This document shows positions 58,621-64,000 of a stretch of 64,000 nt of DNA, one piece after another. The notes beneath the pieces are model-generated. The model made no database searches and had not been told where the DNA came from. It worked only from the letters and a program-made list of their open reading frames with translations. Source of the DNA: an uncultured Bacteroidota bacterium (GTDB lineage: Bacteria; CLD3; SB21). Both the position numbers and the translations under genes were made by a program. The stretch lies in contig CAYPYN010000003.1 in assembly GCA_964415295.1 (NCBI GenBank), forward strand, positions 294,417 to 358,416, in the 5' to 3' direction. Positions within the stretch are counted from its first letter, which is position 1, and every line of letters begins with the position of its first letter.

Positions 58621-59445
58621 ATGATCTTCAAAGAACGCGCCGAGCGAGCGCTGGCTTATAGTTCCGTCTGTGTCGGTCTTGATACGGACTTAGCGTTACT
58701 GCCGGAATTCATCAGATCCGAATCCGATCCAGCGCTGGCATTCAATCGCGCCATCATCGACGCCACGTACGATCTGGTTGGCGCTTATAAGCCGAATTTT
58801 GCCTTCTACGAGGCTATGGGAATCGAAGGCTGGCGGATACTTATTGAAACCGTGAAGTACATCCGTTCGAAAACGTCCGCGGCGCTGATCATAGCCGACG
58901 CGAAGCGGGGGGATATCGGCAATACGTCCCTTAAGTACGCGCGGTCGATCTTGTTTGACATGGATTTCGATTGTGTGACCGTAAGTCCTTATATGGGGTA
59001 TGACTCGGTGGAACCTTTCATTCAGGATGAGAATAAGGGCGTATTCGTCTTATGTCTGACGTCCAATGAAGGCTCAAATGATTTCCAAAGGGTCGAGGCG
59101 GGCGGGAGGCCCAATTACGTGATGGTTGCGGAGAAAGTAAAAGAGTGGAATACGCGCGGAAACTGCGGCCTTGTCGTCGGCGCGACGCATCCGAGAGAAA
59201 TGAGCCTCGTTCGTAAGTCGGCCGGTGGTATGCCTTTTTTGGTACCGGGAGTCGGCGCTCAGGGAGGCGATCTGGAATCGGTAGTTCAGGCCAATTCTGA
59301 CGGATCTAAGGTGAATGCGTTCATCAATTCTTCCCGCGGTATCATTTACGCATCCAAAGGCCGGGATTATGCCGAGCGCGCCCGTACAGAGACGATCAGA
59401 CTGAAAGAAGCGATAGAGGCCATTCAAAAGAAAACAAAAAAATAG
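58621..59445 (+). CDS. pyrF: Orotidine 5'-phosphate decarboxylase (type 2).
   Basis: VCVGLDTD and ADAKRGDIGNT motifs. Confidence 0.9.
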   Translation: MIFKERAERALAYSSVCVGLDTDLALLPEFIRSESDPALAFNRAIIDATYDLVGAYKPNFAFYEAMGIEGWRILIETVKYIRSKTSAALIIADAKRGDIGNTSLKYARSILFDMDFDCVTVSPYMGYDSVEPFIQDENKGVFVLCLTSNEGSNDFQRVEAGGRPNYVMVAEKVKEWNTRGNCGLVVGATHPREMSLVRKSAGGMPFLVPGVGAQGGDLESVVQANSDGSKVNAFINSSRGIIYASKGRDYAERARTETIRLKEAIEAIQKKTKK

Positions 59446-59509
59446 TGGCCCGATTCAGAATTTATTTGCATATAGAGGCTTCTCCATATATATTTAGCCG
59501 CCTTTTTGA

Positions 59510-59584
59510 GGGCGCTTAGCTCAGTTGGTTTAGAGCGTCTCGTTTACACCGAGAAGGTCCTTGGTTCGAATCCATGAGCGCCCA
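59510..59584 (+). tRNA. tRNA-Val (anticodon TAC).
   Basis: Folded by hand into a 75-nt cloverleaf: GGGCGCT/AGCGCCC acceptor, anticodon loop TTTACAC, T-loop GTTCGAATC; one mismatch in the T-stem. Confidence 0.9.
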
Positions 59585-59589
59585 CCTGC

Positions 59590-59616
59590 AAGCCCACGTT
59601 TTCCGTGGGCTTTTTT
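59590..59616 (+). terminator. Rho-independent terminator after tRNA-Val.
   Basis: gcccacg ttttc cgtgggc stem-loop followed by tttttt. Confidence 0.7.
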
Positions 59617-60080
59617 CTTTCTCCCTCTTTTCATCAATTGTAGAATAAAACAACAGTCAGTTCGTGACATTTTCGTTTACTTTTTTATCCTTAAGTAAAT
59701 CTAATGATATCGTGATTGAATCATATTCAATTAAGTTATTGATAATAATGATTTTGTATTGTGTAAACTAAATGGTACACCGTACAGGGAAAAAGTGAGA
59801 AAAGTCGTAATTTAGTCTTGCTTTGTTAGGCAAGTCGTATTAGATTTAGCGCGTTTTTGAGGAGTTACTGGATTAAGGATCAAATCTATCGTGAGCGGTT
59901 ACGGGGTGCCGATTTCACGGAGAAACTCTATTAGTGAATTTGTCTGTTTGACCACGACAAATTCCGGCCGGATTTTCCGGCCGATCATCAAAAAATTTTA
60001 TGTAAGTTTTTGTAGTCTGATCCTACTTACAGATTAAATGGCACCAAACCATGAGATGGACCTGGTAACGGTTTTGATGT

Positions 60081-60524
60081 ATGATACGTTTTAAAGTTTG
60101 GGATTGGAAACAGAGGATCGACGAGATCTTAAAAGACAACATTTGCAGTCCTGAATTGAATGTGACCCGCCTGTCGGACCTTCTGCTGACCTCCGAACAG
60201 CATGTCTATAAGCTTATGTTTCAATTGTACGGCGATGCCCCTCACAAAATTCTGGAGTCATTTCGGCTACTGCATGCCATTAACCTGATCGATCGTGATC
60301 CCGGCGTAAATCTCTTTCGCGTGGCCATACTGTGCGGATTTGGCAATTACAACACCTTCCGGAGAAGTTTTAAGAGGAGATTGAATATTTCTCCTTCGGC
60401 CTACGTGACCATGCCTGCTTCATACCGCATATTGGTCAAAAAGTCACTATTTCCTTCCTTGACAGAATCCGACAGTAGCCACATGTATCCTGAAATGTTC
60501 TTCAGTTCGCAGCCTCTGCAATAG
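60081..60524 (+). CDS. Small AraC-family HTH protein (HTH domain only, 147 aa).
   Basis: C-terminal AraC-type signature VAILCGFGNYNTFRRSFKRRLNISPSAY. Confidence 0.6.
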   Translation: MIRFKVWDWKQRIDEILKDNICSPELNVTRLSDLLLTSEQHVYKLMFQLYGDAPHKILESFRLLHAINLIDRDPGVNLFRVAILCGFGNYNTFRRSFKRRLNISPSAYVTMPASYRILVKKSLFPSLTESDSSHMYPEMFFSSQPLQ

Positions 60525-60591
60525 TATACCTTCTTCTTTCCGTCCTCATCTAAAATTCTTTAAAACCAATAGCTTATGTATTTTCCATGCC

Positions 60592-60660
60592 TTTGTTGTG
60601 ATTTTGTCTACTGATTTCGTCTACTAATTTTGTCTACTGATTGTGTTTACTGAATTTGAG
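60592..60660. repeat. Four or five imperfect tandem copies of a 13-bp unit (consensus TTTGTCTACTGAT) between the AraC-like gene and the downstream lipoprotein gene.
   Basis: Read directly: tttgttgtgat / tttgtctactgat / ttcgtctactaat / tttgtctactgat / tgtgtttactgaa. Confidence 0.7.
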
Positions 60661-60780
60661 GTGTGAAAATGCGGATTGAATTTTCGCCTGCAGGTAGGTA
60701 ATTTTTCGTAGTGAATAAGAATCTACGAGCCAAGAATTAAGTACATACTCTCAATAAAGATTAAGAAAAGAGGCCTTGTC

Positions 60781-61560
60781 ATGTTGTATCGCATAACCTG
60801 CTATTTGATGATGTTCGCCGTGATCGGCGGCTGCACATTTAACGTACGCATAGTCAAAGATGCCGAAGACATACCGGAGTCGACACTTCGCGCGCTCAAT
60901 GCCGGCGTGAATAAGTATGCCGTGATCGACGTAGGCGGTTCGGAGTTCACCTGCAAGATCATCGGGGCCAATAATGACAGGCTGACGGTGTCGAGCCGCG
61001 AAGTCGTCAGTGAGATCCCGATCAAAGCGATCGGGCATGTGACGCTTTATGATGCCGGCGCTGCGAAAAGTTCTACTGTCGCTATGTTGATCGGCGGTCT
61101 GACGGGAGGATTTCTGGGTGACCTGGCCGGACGTGAATTCGGTAAGGACCATGAAAAAGACAAAGAGATACGTATCGGTTCGGCGGTGCTGGGAGCCTGC
61201 GCCGGTATTCTGGCTATCAAGTACATCGGCCGGGGATCTTCGCAGGAACTGGAAGTCAATTCCGCTGTAAAGCCGATCGAACTTTATCCAGGCTACGGCA
61301 AATCGCTTACTGCTCAAACCGTTCAGTCCAAAGGACTTTTCCAAGACCTCTCATTAGGTGCCGGGGAAACGCTTCTTCAGACGAGGATCTTTCAATACGA
61401 AGCCGGACAATACATTGCGGTCTACGAAGTTCACAATGGCAAGGATACCATCGTCAAATGGTTCACGTTCGACGAGAACTATTTTAAGAGCCAGAAAGCC
61501 AAACTCGAGCAGCCTCTGAAAGACCAGATCTTCAGGAACAGTTCACTCAATGGACAATGA
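60781..61560 (+). CDS. Hypothetical lipoprotein.
   Basis: Lipobox VIGGC; no family recognised. Confidence 0.45.
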   Translation: MLYRITCYLMMFAVIGGCTFNVRIVKDAEDIPESTLRALNAGVNKYAVIDVGGSEFTCKIIGANNDRLTVSSREVVSEIPIKAIGHVTLYDAGAAKSSTVAMLIGGLTGGFLGDLAGREFGKDHEKDKEIRIGSAVLGACAGILAIKYIGRGSSQELEVNSAVKPIELYPGYGKSLTAQTVQSKGLFQDLSLGAGETLLQTRIFQYEAGQYIAVYEVHNGKDTIVKWFTFDENYFKSQKAKLEQPLKDQIFRNSSLNGQ

Positions 61561-61636
61561 TCAATGAGTAATGAACGACGATCAAATGACACTATGGCTC
61601 AATGATAAAATGATTCAATTGTAAACGGGAGTTGAT

Positions 61637-63511
61637 ATGAAAAAGTTTTTTTGGGTGATGTGTTTGAGCGTGATATGGACCGCTGACGCTTTCTCTCAGA
61701 TCGGTTGGTGGACGAGTTCGGATACACTAAACGTTTTTAACAAGAACAAAGGCGCTGTACTGATCGGCAGTTATCAGCCCTTGGGAAAACTGACGGTAGG
61801 GCCGGATGATAAATTCTACAATCTGGCTTTAGTTGGCGATTACAATAATCTCGCCAAGAATTATCTCCAGATCGGAGTTACGAGCCGCGGCTTTGAGAAT
61901 CTGCAGGGGCAGACCGTGTTCGATCTCTATCATTCCAACAGCCAATTGAGGAACGCCGGATACAATTTCCGTATCAACGGCCAGAGCCAGTTCTTCATTA
62001 ACGGCGAGGGCAATATCGGCATAGGAACAGAGAAACCCGAGGCGAAGCTGGATCTTACCGGAGGGCCAAATTGGGGAGGGTTCACGAAAGTCATGCGGCT
62101 GCCTGGAGAACATGCCATCAAGTTTGAATCAGGTGGCAATGAATACGGAATGGTAGCGACGGGCGGCATGATCAATTTTGTCGTAAGCAATCAGAATCAG
62201 TCTACGAATCCATTTGGAGTTCCATTCAGCCGAATCATGTCCTTGCAGAGAAATAAAGTAATCATCGAGGGGGATATTGAGATCAAAGGGAAGATCTACA
62301 GCCAGGGGCAAGTGAGCGGCGGGGGTGATGTTATTCCGATTGAGACAGGCGGAGGCACTGGAGGAGGAGTTGTTGACAACTGGGATGGTGGGAGTAAAGG
62401 AGACGGGGGAATATTGCCGACGATCGCACCGCAAGGATCCGGCGCACAGGACTGGGTGATCAGCAGCAGCAATGCGAATGACATTTACTATACGTATGGA
62501 AGTGGGGAAGTTGGAATTGGAACTAATAACCCAACTTATAAGCTGGATGTAAATGGCACAACACGTATTTCATCAACTTTAACTGTAAACGATGCCACGA
62601 GTGTTTTGAATCACACAATTTTTGCTGGCGATGGTGGGACGATTAATCTTGGTCGTAACAGTAGTGAATATATTTCTTATCATGGTGACACAGGGGCTCA
62701 ATATTTAGATTTTGGCCCCTCCAATTTGGCAAAACCATCCTACATCAGAAGCTTAGTAACTGGACAACCATTTTATATTGTCGGGAGTGGTTCGGCATTG
62801 AATATTGGAAATGCTACTTCGAATGATATTAATTTTTTTACAAATAATACGACGCGCGTTACAATTAATACTGCTGGGACAGTTGGTATTGGCACAACAA
62901 CTCCGGCAGGTATGCTGGATGTTAGTGGGGTAACTGGAAACATATTTGTTAGATCAAGTACTGGGACGAATTTTACTTATCAGGATTTCATCAACACAGG
63001 AGGGGTCTTTCGCCTTGGTAGAGAAAAAAGTGTTGGCGGCGGCTTATTAGCCGGGACATCTGCTTATGATGGTGTTTTGACGGTTCAATCTGCTCATAAC
63101 TTACATCTTGGAACAAATAGTCTCATAAGAATGTCGATTTTATCAACTGGCTCCGTCGGCATCGGCACCACTAATCCCGGCACAGATAAACTTGCTGTCA
63201 ACGGAACCATTCGCGCCAAAGAACTCTACCTCACCACCGCCGGCTGGTCGGACTTTGTCTTCGAACAAGGCTACAATTTACGCACACTCAAACAGGTTGA
63301 AAATTATATCAAGAAAAACGGACGCCTGCCTGATATCCCGTCCCAAAAAGAAGTCGAAGAAAAGGGCGTCGGCGTAATTGATATGCAGGCCAAACTCCTT
63401 CAGAAAATCGAGGAGCTGACGCTCTACGTGATCGAACAGAATAAGAAGAACGAAGAGCAGAATAAACGCATACAGGAACTTGAAGAAAAACTGACCAGTA
63501 AGAAACATTGA
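61637..63511 (+). CDS. Secreted tail-fibre-domain-like surface protein, 624 aa: three (G)xVGIGTxxPxxKLxVxG repeats and a C-terminal chaperone-of-endosialidase-like/coiled-coil domain.
   Basis: Signal peptide MKKFFWVMCLSVIWTADAFS-Q. Repeats GEVGIGTNNPTYKLDVNG, GTVGIGTTTPAGMLDVSG, GSVGIGTTNPGTDKLAVNG. C-terminal GWSDFVFEQGYNLRTLKQVENYI...LLQKIEELTLYVIEQNKK. Confidence 0.6.
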   Translation: MKKFFWVMCLSVIWTADAFSQIGWWTSSDTLNVFNKNKGAVLIGSYQPLGKLTVGPDDKFYNLALVGDYNNLAKNYLQIGVTSRGFENLQGQTVFDLYHSNSQLRNAGYNFRINGQSQFFINGEGNIGIGTEKPEAKLDLTGGPNWGGFTKVMRLPGEHAIKFESGGNEYGMVATGGMINFVVSNQNQSTNPFGVPFSRIMSLQRNKVIIEGDIEIKGKIYSQGQVSGGGDVIPIETGGGTGGGVVDNWDGGSKGDGGILPTIAPQGSGAQDWVISSSNANDIYYTYGSGEVGIGTNNPTYKLDVNGTTRISSTLTVNDATSVLNHTIFAGDGGTINLGRNSSEYISYHGDTGAQYLDFGPSNLAKPSYIRSLVTGQPFYIVGSGSALNIGNATSNDINFFTNNTTRVTINTAGTVGIGTTTPAGMLDVSGVTGNIFVRSSTGTNFTYQDFINTGGVFRLGREKSVGGGLLAGTSAYDGVLTVQSAHNLHLGTNSLIRMSILSTGSVGIGTTNPGTDKLAVNGTIRAKELYLTTAGWSDFVFEQGYNLRTLKQVENYIKKNGRLPDIPSQKEVEEKGVGVIDMQAKLLQKIEELTLYVIEQNKKNEEQNKRIQELEEKLTSKKH

Positions 63512-63582
63512 TCAGTGAACAATGATTGAAATCTAAAGAGCAATGAGTAATGATAAATGATTCCAAAAATATTTCACAGAAC

Positions 63583-64000
63583 ATGATAAACGATAGTAAA
63601 GATATTCAAACAAAGCAGTCCTATCTCCAGGAGATCTTGCAGCTTGTCATTTTGGTTCTCCTGACCATTCTTACTCTGTTTCTCGTGCGTGAAGGCCATT
63701 CGCAGGAGCCTATCAGGTTTCCACTCGGCGACGATTCGTACATATCGTACCCGATGGGAGAGAACCTGATCTTCGAAGGACAGATCGCGCCCAATTATAC
63801 CGTTCTACAGTGGGGGAACACGCATTCCGTCTTCAGCGGCAACGTATCGATCACACCCAAAGTCATACTCAAAATGTATCGGGTCCGCTCCAGTCCTGTC
63901 AAAACGCCGTCTTATATGCCCAAAGTCACTTTGCAGACGGCATGGAAAGGCGGCGCCGTGAATCTCTTTCCGTATCTGATGATCAGCCATCATTCCAACG
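63583..64000 (+). CDS. Partial ORF (N-terminal ~139 aa, runs off the window end); possible outer-membrane phospholipase-like protein.
   Basis: Open frame from the ATG at 63583 with no stop to the window end; N-terminal hydrophobic segment. The family guess is very weak. Confidence 0.3.
   Translation, partial: MINDSKDIQTKQSYLQEILQLVILVLLTILTLFLVREGHSQEPIRFPLGDDSYISYPMGENLIFEGQIAPNYTVLQWGNTHSVFSGNVSITPKVILKMYRVRSSPVKTPSYMPKVTLQTAWKGGAVNLFPYLMISHHSN

Noticed and set aside
59620-60080. Possible tmRNA/RNase P/SRP RNA in the AT-rich tract after tRNA-Val.
   Set aside because: None of the conserved core sequences (tag-peptide ORF ending ..ALAA, GGAAAGTCCGG, SRP domain IV GGAA/AGCAG) are present. 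Left as an unclassified possible small RNA only.
1-64000. CRISPR arrays, integrases/transposases, toxin-antitoxin pairs, restriction or other defence genes.
   Set aside because: No regularly spaced direct repeats were found apart from the 13-bp array at 60.6 kb. No recombinase/transposase-like or defence ORFs. The window's unusual content is redox and surface proteins, not defence.

Overview
A 64 kb bacterial chromosomal segment, about 50% GC and densely coding. Several hints point to an FCB-group organism (Ignavibacteria/Calditrichota-like): a 287-aa primary-type sigma-70, DUF2723/TPR and tail-fibre-domain surface proteins, a PorV-like beta-barrel, and Shine-Dalgarno use; this guess is weak. 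The first ~11.2 kb is a single minus-strand, tightly packed (overlapping or <75 bp gaps) 10-gene cluster. It encodes five multiheme c-type cytochromes with at least 73 CxxCH motifs in total (hereafter 'MHC-n' = an MHC with n CxxCH motifs): one partial with 14+, a 574-aa MHC-20, a 254-aa MHC-9, a 589-aa MHC-20 and a 320-aa MHC-10. It also encodes a ~434-aa outer-membrane beta-barrel translationally coupled (ATGA overlap) to MHC-9, two paralogous His-rich 4-TM membrane proteins, a TM-TPR protein and a membrane-anchored 2x[4Fe-4S] ferredoxin fused to a TrxR-like flavoprotein. I read this as a putative, apparently uncharacterised porin-cytochrome extracellular electron transfer system with a tandemly duplicated module. 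The rest is mostly housekeeping: ybaN, fbp, deoC (with an odd Cys-rich N-terminal extension), ltaE, coaE, nupC-family, a GT51 transglycosylase at the C-terminus of a 699-aa protein, a CPBP protease, selA, fumC, rpoD-like sigma, dgt, tsaD, exbB-exbD-exbD-tonB, tRNA-Met(CAT), a STAS antagonist, envelope/lipid genes (CDP-alcohol transferase, UPF0104, DUF2723, rfbD, GT2), dnaB, response regulators, UPF0182, tldD, lgt, ccmC, a CHASE2 adenylate cyclase, lpxB, M50 and rhomboid proteases, pyrF and tRNA-Val(TAC). Downstream of tRNA-Val lies a ~480 bp AT-rich non-coding stretch, an AraC-like regulator, four or five 13-bp tandem repeats, a lipoprotein, and a 624-aa tail-fibre-like surface protein carrying an internal low-GC cassette. 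Every family assignment is by eye from motifs; no database search was possible.
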